A DNA stretch of 64,000 bases from an uncultured Veillonellaceae bacterium (GCA_963805085.1 CAWDTA010000002.1:320001-384000); one strand, 5' to 3'. Counted from the stretch's first letter, positions 1 to 12,354 are shown. A program made the numbers and translations. The notes: generated by a model from the sequence alone, not told the origin.

Positions 1-28
1 AATAAAGTACTCCTGTTACGTTTTTCAT
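1..28 (-). CDS. cas4: Cas4 N-terminus (runs off the left edge)
   Basis: ATG at 28 after GAGGTG RBS reads MKNVTGVLY, like Cas4 starts; lies directly after cas3 as in type I-B operons. Confidence 0.7.
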
Positions 29-37
29 GCTCTCACC

Positions 38-2311
38 TCAACCAAAATTCTCTGATTCATCTTCTTTTTCCAAACATAAACCACTTCCAGATAAATCATC
101 AAAGTCATATACCCTTGTGCAGCGATGAATTCCCAGCCATTTAATTGCTTCGATTGGGTATTGATCAATTGCGCCTCTTCCTTTTTTAGATTTTAATAAA
201 TTTGCATTTAGAGATATTGTATATTGCAAAAGATCATTTTCTGCTTTAATCCGAGTTTTAATATCATATTGTTTTTTATCCTTTATAATTTTTATATAAT
301 CCTGTACGCTGTCAGTTTGATAAAATTTTTCTGGCAACACAGTAATGCTTTGAATATTTCTAAATTGCTGATGCGCCGTTTCAGCATCTATCGTTGATGG
401 TGGCAAATCTTGCAAGGTTTTTAAGCACTCTTCAATTTTCTTATAATAGCTTGTCTCTTTCAATCTTGCTGTATCATATACTGCATTTATATATTCAAAT
501 TTTTCTGTTTCTAAAAAATAGTTATTATTATATTTTTGCAAGTCATCTACTGAGTATTGATAAATATCAACATACTGGTAAACATTATTCGCACCACAGC
601 CATTTTTTGTATTATAAATATACACATTCGGAGTTAGCCCATCATAATTGCGTTTACGATAGCAACGCCCCATTCTTTGCAATAAGCTATCTGCTGGACA
701 CATTTCCGTAAATAACACATCAAAATCAATATCCAAACTTGCTTCTACAATTTGCGTACTAATCCAAATTCCCGTTTCATCGCTATTAGAAAACTTCATA
801 ATTTCCTCTTCTAATAACTTTCTATCTTGACGAATAAATCTACTATGTAAGAGTTTTACATACTCATTTTGATCTTTTAATTTATCATATACACTTTGCG
901 CTTTCCCCACCGTATTACATAAAACTAACACCTTTTTATTTTGTGCTTCATTAATGATTTTTTCATAATCAAAGTCTTCGGCCTCAATGAATTGAATCTT
1001 ATGACGTTTATCATACTCTCCTCTAAAAGGGCTTTCTGGTATCCGAAAATCAATATTCTGCTGGACTAAAAAATGTCTTAGTACAGGTGGGAAAGTTGCC
1101 GTAATAATGGCGAATCTTCCTCCCAGCTGCGTAATAATTTTAAGTCCATAAATAATGCACGCCAAAATTTCTGCTGAATACATTTGGATTTCATCAATAA
1201 TTACTTTTGAGTATTTTAATGTCGCTGGTACGATTTCACTTCCCATTGCTTTAAACACAAACCAAAATAATTGATCGACTGTACAAATCGTTAAAGGGTA
1301 TGCCAATAGCTTTGCTTTTTCTTTTCTAATCAATGGATCTTCTATTGTAAAATCCTCTTGATCCGCTTCCTGCTTTGCAAAATAATATGCCAATAAATCG
1401 GAATGAAGTAAAGTAATTTTATCTTCATCATAATGATATTGATGATCTTCCCGCCCACTGATCCGTTCATAAATTGCATTAATCGACACTTTTAACGGCA
1501 GCGTGTAGAAGGCCTTGCTGCCATCGAGCCAAAATAAAGCAGCTTCCGTTTTTCCACTGCCAGTTGCAGCTAATACAACTAAATTTTCATCTTTGCGATG
1601 CATCATGTAGTCTTGCACTGGACGAATCACTTTCCATTGCTCTTGAATAACCTTTGTTAAAACGCCCGCCGTCAAAGGCTCCATTTCGACTTGGTCAAGA
1701 TTCCTTCCACTTGCTGCATAATCAAGCTTATTCAGCATGCCTTTGACTACAATGTATTTCAGCCATTTATCATGCGCTCCTTCAGTCGTCATATTCGCCT
1801 TATTTCTTTGATTATTGGTGAATGCAGTAATTAGATATCCTAAATCTAAATAATCGGTGTTTTTACAAAACGTCTGCTTTGTGTCATACGCATAAGAATC
1901 AGGTAAATACCTGTCGATATACCTTCCAAAAGCCCCTTCTGTATAACTGTCAGTTCTTGTATGATGATTATAAATCGTAGTCACTACGATCTCTATATCC
2001 TCGCCATAAATCTTCTCTAACTCTTCCATGTTCATATATGCCGCGCTTAGAAACCCATGTGGTATTTCTTCTTCATCAGCTTTTGGAACAGCACCTTCGT
2101 ACTTGCGCCCTATCGCTTTATGTATTTTATACTGAAACAATGCATTGAGTTTGCCTAAATCATGATAAAAAGCCGCTAAATAAATGAATTCTTTCTCCTG
2201 CTTACTAAATTTATCACCATATGACTTCAAAAACTTTTCCCATAAAAGCAGCAACTCCTCGGTATGTTCTTTTACGGTTTGAATCGGATTAGATTTTGCT
2301 ATATATGCCAT
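38..2311 (-). CDS. cas3: CRISPR-associated helicase/endonuclease Cas3
   Basis: HD motif (YHDLGK), Walker A ATGSGKT, DEIQ, STQIVEASLDID, QRMGR; ATG 2311 has a GGAGG RBS. Confidence 0.97.
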   Translation of the reverse strand: MAYIAKSNPIQTVKEHTEELLLLWEKFLKSYGDKFSKQEKEFIYLAAFYHDLGKLNALFQYKIHKAIGRKYEGAVPKADEEEIPHGFLSAAYMNMEELEKIYGEDIEIVVTTIYNHHTRTDSYTEGAFGRYIDRYLPDSYAYDTKQTFCKNTDYLDLGYLITAFTNNQRNKANMTTEGAHDKWLKYIVVKGMLNKLDYAASGRNLDQVEMEPLTAGVLTKVIQEQWKVIRPVQDYMMHRKDENLVVLAATGSGKTEAALFWLDGSKAFYTLPLKVSINAIYERISGREDHQYHYDEDKITLLHSDLLAYYFAKQEADQEDFTIEDPLIRKEKAKLLAYPLTICTVDQLFWFVFKAMGSEIVPATLKYSKVIIDEIQMYSAEILACIIYGLKIITQLGGRFAIITATFPPVLRHFLVQQNIDFRIPESPFRGEYDKRHKIQFIEAEDFDYEKIINEAQNKKVLVLCNTVGKAQSVYDKLKDQNEYVKLLHSRFIRQDRKLLEEEIMKFSNSDETGIWISTQIVEASLDIDFDVLFTEMCPADSLLQRMGRCYRKRNYDGLTPNVYIYNTKNGCGANNVYQYVDIYQYSVDDLQKYNNNYFLETEKFEYINAVYDTARLKETSYYKKIEECLKTLQDLPPSTIDAETAHQQFRNIQSITVLPEKFYQTDSVQDYIKIIKDKKQYDIKTRIKAENDLLQYTISLNANLLKSKKGRGAIDQYPIEAIKWLGIHRCTRVYDFDDLSGSGLCLEKEDESENFG

Positions 2312-2334
2312 CCTGTACGCCTCCATGATAAAAG

Positions 2335-2370
2335 AAGGACAAGTTCCTATGAAATTAAGAACTTGTCCTT
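2335..2370 (-). terminator. Hairpin/intrinsic terminator between cas5 and cas3
   Basis: Perfect 12-bp inverted repeat AAGGACAAGTTC/GAACTTGTCCTT followed by CTTTT on the minus strand. Confidence 0.7.
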
Positions 2371-2373
2371 ACT

Positions 2374-3949
<1,576 letters not shown>

Positions 3950-3951
3950 TT

Positions 3952-5628
3952 TTATGCCTCCTCAACTTTATCTTCGCTATTGTATTTTTCATTTTTCAAA
4001 CCAAGAACAAAAGCATAGCCTAAATATTGCAATTCATCTTTTGATGAAAACGTTTCTAAAAAAACTTTAGGGACTGATACACTTATACTTGAATACATTC
4101 TAAATACCAGATTCCAAAATTGTTCACGGTCATTCACTTGCAAGGCATTCAATAATTGATAGACAAAACCTCTTAATTTATTATCTGCATCTTGGGCTTT
4201 TGTTTTTTCACCACAGATCATTCTTCTTAAATCTCGTCCACGATAAAAAGCATTATCCGCATTTGCTTTTTCCATTTTTGTCCCCCCTGACATTTCTATT
4301 TGAATATCTACAACATTTTTCAAATAAATCGTTGATGTATTTTCTTTCAAAGAATTTTTCAATATTATATTTAACAAGCCATATTGATTGGAACGATCAA
4401 AAACATTTTTTAGTGCTTCTTGATAAACACTAATCCACACTTTCGGACTTCTCTCTATAGAAATCTCTTTAAGATTTCCCAAATTTTTTTGACAACTATT
4501 CAGCACTTCCAGAATATCCTTTGCAATCACAGTGAACTTATAACGCTCCGTTGCTTTATCCCTAACGATCACTTGGATATTACTTAGCTCTACTGTCTTT
4601 TCTTCAATGATTCCTTGAACCATATTATTTAAAATAAGTTGGTATTTTTCATTTTCTTTATTGGAATTTTTTATTTTATATTTACTTTCAATCCCTTTAT
4701 TTGTACTAATCAAAACCTCTACGCTTGTATTAGAATTTACAAAAATAAGATTCCTGCCCAATGTTTGAAATCCCAGCGGGGCTAATGAATAGACAAATGC
4801 ACATAATGGGCAAATATAAGCATCCGGTTTACAATCCCAAAATGGTGATTTTTTTCGACTCATATCATCGACACTATCATTAAGAAACGAAATGTCTATT
4901 GTTTTAGGCAATAAAACGCCACACTCAATGCAAGATTTGGCTTTTTTATTTTTTATGGGCTTACGATCTTTGAGATAATCTTTTAGAGGAATAATAAAAT
5001 CTTTTTCATACACATCATGCATATTCTTTTTTGAATTACTTGTATTCAAAAAAGCTTTATTTGACCAAATCGAATTAACCCTTGCATAAATAATATCTTT
5101 CATAAGCAAAGTTTCTTTTATTTTTTCATCTAATAATATTTCTTTCAGCTTACATAGTTGCTCATACTTTTCTTGATACTCTTTAATTTCCTTAATATTT
5201 TTGCATAACGAATTTAAATCAATTTTATAACCTTGTTCCTCTAAAATAGTACATGCACTAAAATAACTATTTCGCGCTAAGCCTGTGTTATTTAATAGAT
5301 ACTTGTATTTATCATCTAATATTTTTTTAAGTTCCTTACTTTCCTCAGCAACATATTTCTTCGTTAATGACTCCATAGACTCAATTTCTTTACAAATACG
5401 CGTAAATGTTGCATCTTCACTAAACTTTTGAATATGTGCATCCATATAAATTTGAGCAAGATCAGTCTTTTCTAAGAACTCTCTCGAAACAAGCAAAGCG
5501 TTTTCTTCTACTTTGTAATCTTCCCCTTTGATAGCTGCCATATTTTCTAATAAATAATGAAAACCGACAATTCCAGCATTAAATAAAAAAGCATTGATCT
5601 CTATTTTTACAAAATCTTCGTCCACCAT
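3952..5628 (-). CDS. cas8b1: Type I-B Cas8b1/Cst1
   Basis: FNAGIVG N-terminus, CIEC and CPLC Zn motifs, YAFVLGL C-terminus. Confidence 0.92.
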   Translation of the reverse strand: MVDEDFVKIEINAFLFNAGIVGFHYLLENMAAIKGEDYKVEENALLVSREFLEKTDLAQIYMDAHIQKFSEDATFTRICKEIESMESLTKKYVAEESKELKKILDDKYKYLLNNTGLARNSYFSACTILEEQGYKIDLNSLCKNIKEIKEYQEKYEQLCKLKEILLDEKIKETLLMKDIIYARVNSIWSNKAFLNTSNSKKNMHDVYEKDFIIPLKDYLKDRKPIKNKKAKSCIECGVLLPKTIDISFLNDSVDDMSRKKSPFWDCKPDAYICPLCAFVYSLAPLGFQTLGRNLIFVNSNTSVEVLISTNKGIESKYKIKNSNKENEKYQLILNNMVQGIIEEKTVELSNIQVIVRDKATERYKFTVIAKDILEVLNSCQKNLGNLKEISIERSPKVWISVYQEALKNVFDRSNQYGLLNIILKNSLKENTSTIYLKNVVDIQIEMSGGTKMEKANADNAFYRGRDLRRMICGEKTKAQDADNKLRGFVYQLLNALQVNDREQFWNLVFRMYSSISVSVPKVFLETFSSKDELQYLGYAFVLGLKNEKYNSEDKVEEA

Positions 5629-5638
5629 CCCACCTCCT

Positions 5639-6370
5639 TTAGGCTAACACTTCAAACATACCAAATCCTTGACTTCGTCTTGAGCCAATCCCTGCATGAT
5701 AAAGAAAATTGAGCAGTTCTGGCTGACCCGTCAATTTATATACACCTAAACTTACGTCGATATGATACTTAAACGCAGTAACTACTGTTTTTTTCGGCAT
5801 AACCGGAACTATGGTAAAACCATGCAGTAAATTTCCATCCATTGCAAAAATACTAAGCTGTGCTTGTACAATTTTTTTAGCCATATCTGCAAAGTCCTCA
5901 CAAGTACAATCCACATATCGGTCTATATTCGTCTCACGACTATGCTCACGAAGCACCATTGGGCTGAGCATTTTTATCAAAATTTCATTTGAATTGATTT
6001 TATTATGTGGCAGTATTTTTACAGCCATGATTTTCATGCTATTTTGATGTTCTAAAGGGAATCCTTTCAATTTATTCTTCAAAATTGCATTATAAAGAAT
6101 CATAGCTTCCTTCATATCCGCTGTACTCAACGTAAAACTAATTACATTACCGCCAAGTTGAATAACGTTACCAACAAATTTAGGGCGGTTCATCCTTACG
6201 CCAAAAGTAAATTTTTTCATTATGTTGTCACGGTTTTTATAAAACTCGTCAAAAAATTCTTCTCCATAATCACTTAAATTGCTTTTGATAAACGATACAA
6301 AAAACGGACGAAAATCTTTTGGCAACTCGGGTTTATTCAATTCCAATTTTATCAATATCTGCACACACAT
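5639..6370 (-). CDS. cas6: CRISPR endoribonuclease Cas6
   Basis: C-terminal GIGSRRSQGFG loop; start set after the GGAGGTG RBS. Confidence 0.95.
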   Translation of the reverse strand: MCVQILIKLELNKPELPKDFRPFFVSFIKSNLSDYGEEFFDEFYKNRDNIMKKFTFGVRMNRPKFVGNVIQLGGNVISFTLSTADMKEAMILYNAILKNKLKGFPLEHQNSMKIMAVKILPHNKINSNEILIKMLSPMVLREHSRETNIDRYVDCTCEDFADMAKKIVQAQLSIFAMDGNLLHGFTIVPVMPKKTVVTAFKYHIDVSLGVYKLTGQPELLNFLYHAGIGSRRSQGFGMFEVLA

Positions 6371-6430
6371 CACCTCCCAATAATTTGATATTCCATACAT
6401 ATACAAATAATAACATATTTGTACATAAAT

Positions 6431-6466
6431 AAACACAGATATAAAGGAAATTTTATATCTGTGTTT
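6431..6466. terminator. Hairpin terminator downstream of rhuM, upstream of cas6
   Basis: 15-bp inverted repeat AAACACAGATATAAA/TTTATATCTGTGTTT. Confidence 0.7.
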
Positions 6467-6472
6467 TCTTTT

Positions 6473-7486
6473 TCATTCTCTTTTTATCTCTTTAACTGTT
6501 CGACTTCTTCCGCAAGCAACGTAATATCTGCATACTTTGCAACTTTCTATTCGCATCAAACAACTCATATTCCTTAATCGCCAATTCTTTAGCGACAACC
6601 GTTGATACTTTCCCTCCATTTTCTAGTACTTGCCTATTGGTAAATTGTAAAAACGCATTCAGTTTTGTTTCCTAATCGCCATGTGCATGGGAATATATTG
6701 CTTTGCCTGATCATCAGCATAATCTAAATACATCACCACAATCCGATTTAATGACTCAATTTCCTCTTTCGTCAAATAGTTTTTCGCTATGTCTATGTCA
6801 CTTTTGCGAACCTTTGTGCCCTTAAACGAGGTAAGCCCCATATTGGGTTTTGTGGCATCGGCACGTTCGGCGATGAGTTCTGCTGCGGTGTGTCCATGTA
6901 CACTATAATGCATTTTATTTTGCACTGTTTGAAAAAATTGTTTTGTACTTTCTAACTTCGCATCATAATCAATCGAAGTTTTATAGATTTCTGCGATTTT
7001 TTGATAAAACCGCTTTTCTGATGCACGAATATCTTTAATGCGGTCAAGCAATTCATCAAAATAATCTGCACCAAAGGCTTGCGGATTTTTTAGCCGTTCA
7101 TCATTCATCGCAAAGCCTTTTTTGCTGTAATCGGTCAAAACGCTCGATGCCCATTTACGAAAATGCATACCAACATTAGATCGCACCCGATAACCAATGG
7201 CTAAAATCATTTGAAAATTATAATGCTTTATATTGCGTTTAATCTGTCGATTTCCTTCATTTTGAACTATCCGGAAATTCCGGATAGTTGCCTCTTCCTC
7301 TAATTCACCATCTGCAATAATATTTATAATGTGTTCATTAATTGTCCGAACATCAACTTGATATAGTTCAGCCAAACTTCTCTGCGATAACCATATCGTA
7401 TCACCTCCAAAATAAACATCTAGCTTCGTATCGCCTTTTTCATTTTGATAGATAAGCATCTTGCCCAATAAATCCTGCATAAACAT
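6473..7486 (-). pseudogene. rhuM: RhuM (virulence RhuM family) gene, C-terminally disrupted
   Basis: IWLSQRSLAELY, AIGYRVRS, DYFDELLDRIKDIRASEKRFY; frameshift plus an in-frame TAG near 6675, after which ETKLNAFLQFTNRQVLENGGKVS continues in another frame. Confidence 0.85.
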
Positions 7487-7650
7487 ACCTCCTATTTACT
7501 AAAAAAGTAATAGTTCTTTTCTGAATGTATCCATAGTAGATCTTAAAGCTTCCGTACGAATTTCTATTAACTTCACATTTCCCTATAAAAAATATAGTTC
7601 CTGCCAAAGTAATACATAATTTAGCAGAAACTATATCTATCGGCATATTA

Positions 7651-8043
7651 TCAATCTATGAGCTTCGCTTCAAGCCCTGCATAAAAACCGTATCTAAAGG
7701 CGGAATCATTTCTTAAGTAATCATACTCTTCAATCTTTTCAATCAGTTTTTCCTTATCCTTCAATGCCTCCTGAATCTCGTGGAAGATTTCACTAGCCGT
7801 ATTATTCATAACATAGCCATTACAATCTTTTGCAAATGATAACATTTGAATGACTTTTCCAAGGTTGTACATACAAAAATTGAAGCAAAAATCTCCTGAT
7901 TTACTACCTGTTTCATTTAAAAATTGTTCAAAACTTTCAATCATCTTCATTTCTGGGCTATCTTCCTTTAATATTGGAATTCTAAATAATAATTCCTGAA
8001 TTCTTTTCATTTCCCGCTTGTCCATATTGTTCATATCTAGCAT
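7651..8043 (-). CDS. Hypothetical protein (cassette copy 1, C-terminal FRYGFYAG)
   Basis: 130-aa ORF; paralogs at 16856-17237 and 20060-20144. Confidence 0.8.
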   Translation of the reverse strand: MLDMNNMDKREMKRIQELLFRIPILKEDSPEMKMIESFEQFLNETGSKSGDFCFNFCMYNLGKVIQMLSFAKDCNGYVMNNTASEIFHEIQEALKDKEKLIEKIEEYDYLRNDSAFRYGFYAGLEAKLID

Positions 8044-8136
8044 GAATATGCCCCCTATCTTTCTTGTCCTAATCTTAGTAATCTACCTACTGCCTTATAC
8101 ATTTTAATTAGCGTAAACAACCTTTGATTTTCGTAA

Positions 8137-8253
8137 TAACTCCAAAAGTTTATTTTTAACTTCTAAAGCTATTATATATCTTTTATAGTTATAATTCAAT
8201 ATCTTTTATCGTTATTTTTATCTTTAATTTGTTTTTTAATATCGCTAATGATA
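8137..8253. promoter_or_regulatory. Phased operator-like array between the divergent hyp and xre genes
   Basis: TA(A/T)C-n7-G(T/C)TA-like units at about 8137, 8157, 8177, 8200, 8219 and 8240; the last two are degenerate. Confidence 0.5.
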
Positions 8254-8289
8254 GTATATTATCTATAGAAGTTAGTAAGGAGGTTATTT

Positions 8290-8511
8290 ATGATTAATAT
8301 AAAGATCGCAGAATTAATGGGAAAACATAAATTAACAAGAAAAGCCTTATCTGATATGACAGGTATACGACCTAATACAATTTCAGCACTTTGGAATGGA
8401 GATATAAAACGTTTAGAAATTCAGCAAATAGATAAATTGTGTGCTGCGCTCGACTGTCAACCAGCAGACTTGATGGAATACATTCCAGATAAAACTGACA
8501 ATCAACAATAA
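8290..8511 (+). CDS. Xre/Cro-C1 HTH regulator
   Basis: 73 aa HTH_26-like (LSDMTGIRPNTIS, LCAALDCQPADLMEY); AAGGAGG RBS. Confidence 0.9.
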   Translation: MINIKIAELMGKHKLTRKALSDMTGIRPNTISALWNGDIKRLEIQQIDKLCAALDCQPADLMEYIPDKTDNQQ

Positions 8512-8562
8512 TACCCCATACACATTCTAATAACGCATAAAGAACCGCATCAGCTTTAAATA

Positions 8563-8610
8563 CAAAAACTCCTGTAAAAAGTCCTTGCAGACATTTTACA
8601 GGAGTTTTTG
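8563..8610. terminator. Bidirectional terminator
   Basis: CAAAAACTCCTGTAAAA/TTTTACAGGAGTTTTTG inverted repeat between convergent xre and tctC. Confidence 0.8.
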
Positions 8611-8649
8611 CATCATATATCAATCGGAAAACTCATGTTTTCATCTATA

Positions 8650-9669
8650 TTAATTTTTCTGCGCTTTGATTTGCTCTAGAATGCCAGTTTCTTGTATGGT
8701 CTTAGCCAATTCATCACCATCGGAGATCCATTTTTCTTTGGATTCGTCGGAATTTAAATATTCCACTTGGAATCCTAAATTTTCGATATTAGCTTTAAAT
8801 TCAGGGTCGGTAATCATTGCTTTAAATCCTTCTTCGAGCTTAGCTTTGATTTCAGGTGGTAATTCTTTGGGAGCTGCTATTCCAATCCAATTTGTTAAGA
8901 CAATATCAAAGCCTTGTTCTTTAAAGGTTGGTATTTGCGCTAAGTCTGGATCTGTAGTTCTCAGTTCACCTGTTACCGCTAGTGCTCTTAGTGTGCCATT
9001 TTTAATTTGTTCTTTGACTGTTGCTGGATTAACAAAACCAATTTGAATATGGTTTCCTAATAAAGCAACAGTCACATCATTAGCGCCACGAAAGGGAACT
9101 TGCTCAAGCGTAATGTCAGTAGCTTTGGCAAATGTTCCGCCAAGAATATGCGATACGGAACCTATCCCTGTAGTACCGAATTTCAATTGTCCGGGATGCT
9201 GCTTGGCATATTCAATCAAGGAAGTGATATCTTGCCAAGGTTGCTCAGCTGGAACTACCATGATCCATGGTGAAGTTGCAACCTGCGCAATTGGTTCTAA
9301 GGCAGTTGGATAGTGATATTTCGTTGATTCATATAAGGGTTGTATCAGGACATCAATGGCACTCATACCGAGGGTATAACCATCTGGGCTGGCACTCACC
9401 AATTCATTCCAGCCGATGGTGGCTGCTCCGCCTGGTTTATTGACAACAACTAAAGGCTGTCCTAGATATTTAGGTGCCATTTTTTCCAATGATCGCGCCA
9501 CAAGATCCAATCCTCCTCCAGCACTAAAGGGTACAATGATAGTAATTGGTTTATCTGGATAATTTTTTATGGCAGATGTTGTTTTGCTTTGCATATCGGT
9601 GCAACCTCCCATTATGATTGAAATAAATAATAAACATACTATTGACAATAGGAACGATCTTTTTTGCAC
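8650..9669 (-). CDS. tctC: Tripartite tricarboxylate transporter substrate-binding lipoprotein (copy 1)
   Basis: YPDKPITIIVPFSAGGG, NKPGG, PDGYTL; lipobox-like MGGC. Confidence 0.93.
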   Translation of the reverse strand: MQKRSFLLSIVCLLFISIIMGGCTDMQSKTTSAIKNYPDKPITIIVPFSAGGGLDLVARSLEKMAPKYLGQPLVVVNKPGGAATIGWNELVSASPDGYTLGMSAIDVLIQPLYESTKYHYPTALEPIAQVATSPWIMVVPAEQPWQDITSLIEYAKQHPGQLKFGTTGIGSVSHILGGTFAKATDITLEQVPFRGANDVTVALLGNHIQIGFVNPATVKEQIKNGTLRALAVTGELRTTDPDLAQIPTFKEQGFDIVLTNWIGIAAPKELPPEIKAKLEEGFKAMITDPEFKANIENLGFQVEYLNSDESKEKWISDGDELAKTIQETGILEQIKAQKN

Positions 9670-9846
9670 TACGACATCTCCTTGTCTATCATTAAGGCAA
9701 TCAATCGTAACTGCTTATATACTTTGAACAATGATTGCCGTTTTTAAATCACTAATCGCATTAAAAAGCCACGGTAATAGCACCATATTTTTTCATCAGT
9801 GTTAATTTTTCTGTGCTTTGATTTGCTCTAGAATGCCAGTTTCTTG
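9611..9846. repeat. 236-bp near-identical junction repeat (copy at 10763-10998)
   Basis: Only 2 mismatches seen by eye between the two tctC junctions; period 1152 bp. Confidence 0.9.
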
Positions 9847-10821
9847 GATAGACTTAGCTAATTTATCACCATCCAAGTACCATTTTTCTTTGGAATCTTC
9901 GGAATTTAAATATTCCACTTGCAAACCTAAATTTTCGATATTAGCCTTGAATTCTGGATCAGCAATCATTGCTTTAAAACCTTCTTCAAGCTTAGTTTTA
10001 ATTTCTGGCGGTAGCTCTTTTGGTGCTGCTACTCCATACCAATTGCTTAATACAATATCAAAGCCTTGTTCCTTAAAGGTCGGTATTTGTGCTAAGTCTG
10101 GGTCAGTTAGCCGATGTTCACCTGTTGTTGCCAGTGCTCTTAATGTGCCATTTTTAATTTGTTCTTTAACTGTTGCCGGTGGAATAAAAGCACTTTGAAT
10201 ATGGTTACCTAACAAGGCAATAGCCGCTTCACTACCGCCACGAAATGGAACCTGTTCAAGAGTAATTTTAGTAAATTTGGCAAACGTTTCACCAAGAATA
10301 TGTGCTGGTGAGCCTATCCCTACATGACCAAATTTCAATTGTCCGGGGTGCTCCTTTGCATATCTAATCAAATCATCCACATCTTTCCAAGGCTGCTTTG
10401 CTGGCACTACCATTATAAATGGTAAAGTTGAAACTTGTACAATTGGTTCTAAGGCAGTTGGATAATGATATTTGGTTGACCCATATAATGGCTGGATTAG
10501 TACGTCAACTGCACTAATGCCAAGCGTATAACCATCTGGACTAGCATTCACTAGTTCATTCCACCCTATGGTGCCTGCTCCGCCTGTTTTGTTGACAACA
10601 ACTAAAGGTTGTCCTAGATACTTAGGTGCCAGCTTCTCCAATGTCCGAGCTAGCAAATCCAATCCTCCACCAGCACTAAAAGGTACAATGACAGTAATAG
10701 GCTTATCTGGATAACTTCTTATTGCTGTTGTTGTTTTGCTTTGCATATCTGTGCATCCTCCAATTATGATTGAAATAAATAATAAACATACTATTGACAA
10801 TAGGAACGATCTTTTTCGCAC
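9802..10821 (-). CDS. tctC: TctC (copy 2)
   Basis: Same motifs, 339 aa. Confidence 0.93.
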   Translation of the reverse strand: MRKRSFLLSIVCLLFISIIIGGCTDMQSKTTTAIRSYPDKPITVIVPFSAGGGLDLLARTLEKLAPKYLGQPLVVVNKTGGAGTIGWNELVNASPDGYTLGISAVDVLIQPLYGSTKYHYPTALEPIVQVSTLPFIMVVPAKQPWKDVDDLIRYAKEHPGQLKFGHVGIGSPAHILGETFAKFTKITLEQVPFRGGSEAAIALLGNHIQSAFIPPATVKEQIKNGTLRALATTGEHRLTDPDLAQIPTFKEQGFDIVLSNWYGVAAPKELPPEIKTKLEEGFKAMIADPEFKANIENLGLQVEYLNSEDSKEKWYLDGDKLAKSIQETGILEQIKAQKN

Positions 10822-10953
10822 TACGACATCTCCTTGTCTATCATTAAGGCAATCAATCGTAACTGCTTATATACTTTGAACAATGATTGCCGCTTTTAAA
10901 TCACTAATCGCATTAAAAAGCCACGGTAATAGCACCATATTTTTTCATCAGTG

Positions 10954-11973
10954 TTAATTTTTCTGTGCTTTGATTTGCTCTAGAATGCCAGTTTCTTGTA
11001 TGGTCTTAGTTAATTTATCAGCATCCAAACGCCATTTTTCCTTGGACTCGTCGGAATTTAAATATTCAGGTTGTAAACCTAAATTTTCGATATTAGCTTT
11101 GAATTCAGCATCGATGATGATTGCTTTGAACATTTCTTCTAGCTTAGTTTTAAGCTCTGGCGGTAGTTCTTTTGGTGCTGCCACTCCAATCCAAGTGTTT
11201 GAGGTGATATCAAAGCCTTGTTCCTTAAAAGTTGGTATCTGCGCTAATTCTGGGTCGGTTAGCCGCTGCTCGCTTGTTGTCGCTAATGCTCTTAGTGTGC
11301 CATTTGCAATTTGTTCTTTTACTGTTGATGGATTACTAAAAGCAATTTGAATATGGTTGCCTAATAAAGCTGCTGTCGATTCACTAGCACCATGAAAGGG
11401 AACTTGCTCAATATTAATGTCAGCAATCTCGGCGAAGGTTTCACCAATAATATGTGACATTGATCCTATCCCTGAGTGACCAAATTTCAATTGTCCTGGA
11501 TGTTGTTTGGCATAATTAATGATTTCATCCACATTCTGACAAGGATGATCAGCTTTGACTACCATGATAGTTGATAAAGTTGCAACTTGTGAAATTGGCT
11601 CTAAGGAAGTTGGATAGTGATATTTAGTTGTTCCATATAATGGTTGTACGAGTAGCTCAATTGAGCTAATACCCAGCGTATAACCATCTGGATTTGCACT
11701 AGTCAGTTCGTTCCATCCTATGGTGCCTGTTCCACCTGGTTTGTTGACAACAACTATGGGTTGTCCTAGATATTTAGGTGCCTCCTTTTCTAAAGCTCGG
11801 GCTACAAAATCCATTGCTCCTCCAGCACTAAAAGGTACAATGATGGTAATAGGCCTATCGGGGTAACTTTTTGTGGCAATTGTTGTTTTGCTTTGCATAT
11901 CGTTGCAACCTCCCATTATTATTGAAATAAGTAATAAACATACTGTTAATAATACTAAATTTTTTTTTTGCAC
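10954..11973 (-). CDS. tctC: TctC (copy 3)
   Basis: Same motifs, 339 aa. Confidence 0.93.
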   Translation of the reverse strand: MQKKNLVLLTVCLLLISIIMGGCNDMQSKTTIATKSYPDRPITIIVPFSAGGAMDFVARALEKEAPKYLGQPIVVVNKPGGTGTIGWNELTSANPDGYTLGISSIELLVQPLYGTTKYHYPTSLEPISQVATLSTIMVVKADHPCQNVDEIINYAKQHPGQLKFGHSGIGSMSHIIGETFAEIADINIEQVPFHGASESTAALLGNHIQIAFSNPSTVKEQIANGTLRALATTSEQRLTDPELAQIPTFKEQGFDITSNTWIGVAAPKELPPELKTKLEEMFKAIIIDAEFKANIENLGLQPEYLNSDESKEKWRLDADKLTKTIQETGILEQIKAQKN

Positions 11974-12050
11974 TGCATCATCTCCTCATTTTTCTACAAT
12001 TAACTACATATTATTCCATTAGTGTTAAACCTTACTATTTATGTATATTG

Positions 12051-12078
12051 CTTCGTCAATAAATATCAAATTCCTTCC
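12051..12078 (-). promoter_or_regulatory. SigH-like promoter for the tctC array
   Basis: Minus strand GGAAGGAATTTGATATTTATTGACGAAG, conserved upstream of tctC copy 4 (21313-21338). Confidence 0.5.
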
Positions 12079-12125
12079 AAATATTCAGGTATTTTTATAC
12101 TTGTTCAGATAGGAAAAAGACAAAT

Positions 12126-12169
12126 AAAAACTTCCTAACAGGTAAAATTCAAACCTATTAGGAAGCTTT
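12126..12169. repeat. Dispersed palindromic element, copy A
   Basis: AAAAACTTCCTAACAGGT...ACCTATTAGGAAG; related copies at 17698 and 35481. Confidence 0.75.
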
Positions 12170-12177
12170 ATCTTTAA

Positions 12178-12354
12178 TACGTTCTAGCAATTCATCAAAA
12201 TAGTCTACACAAAATGTTTATGAATTCTTGAGCCATTCGTCATTCATCACAAAGCCTTTTAGGGCTCTACTCAGTCAATACGCTCGATGCTCAATTACGA
12301 AAATGCATTCCCACATTAGATCGCACCCGATAACCAATGGCTAAAATCATTTGA
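12178..12354 (-). pseudogene. Internal rhuM fragment
   Basis: Closely matches 7040-7213 (ACATTAGATCGCACCCGATAACCAATGGCTAAAATCATTTGA is identical). Confidence 0.85.

Noticed and set aside
7440-7646. 68-aa ORF across the cassette's conserved block
   Set aside because: The frame does not appear to be preserved in the second copy; the conservation fits a non-coding hairpin/promoter better
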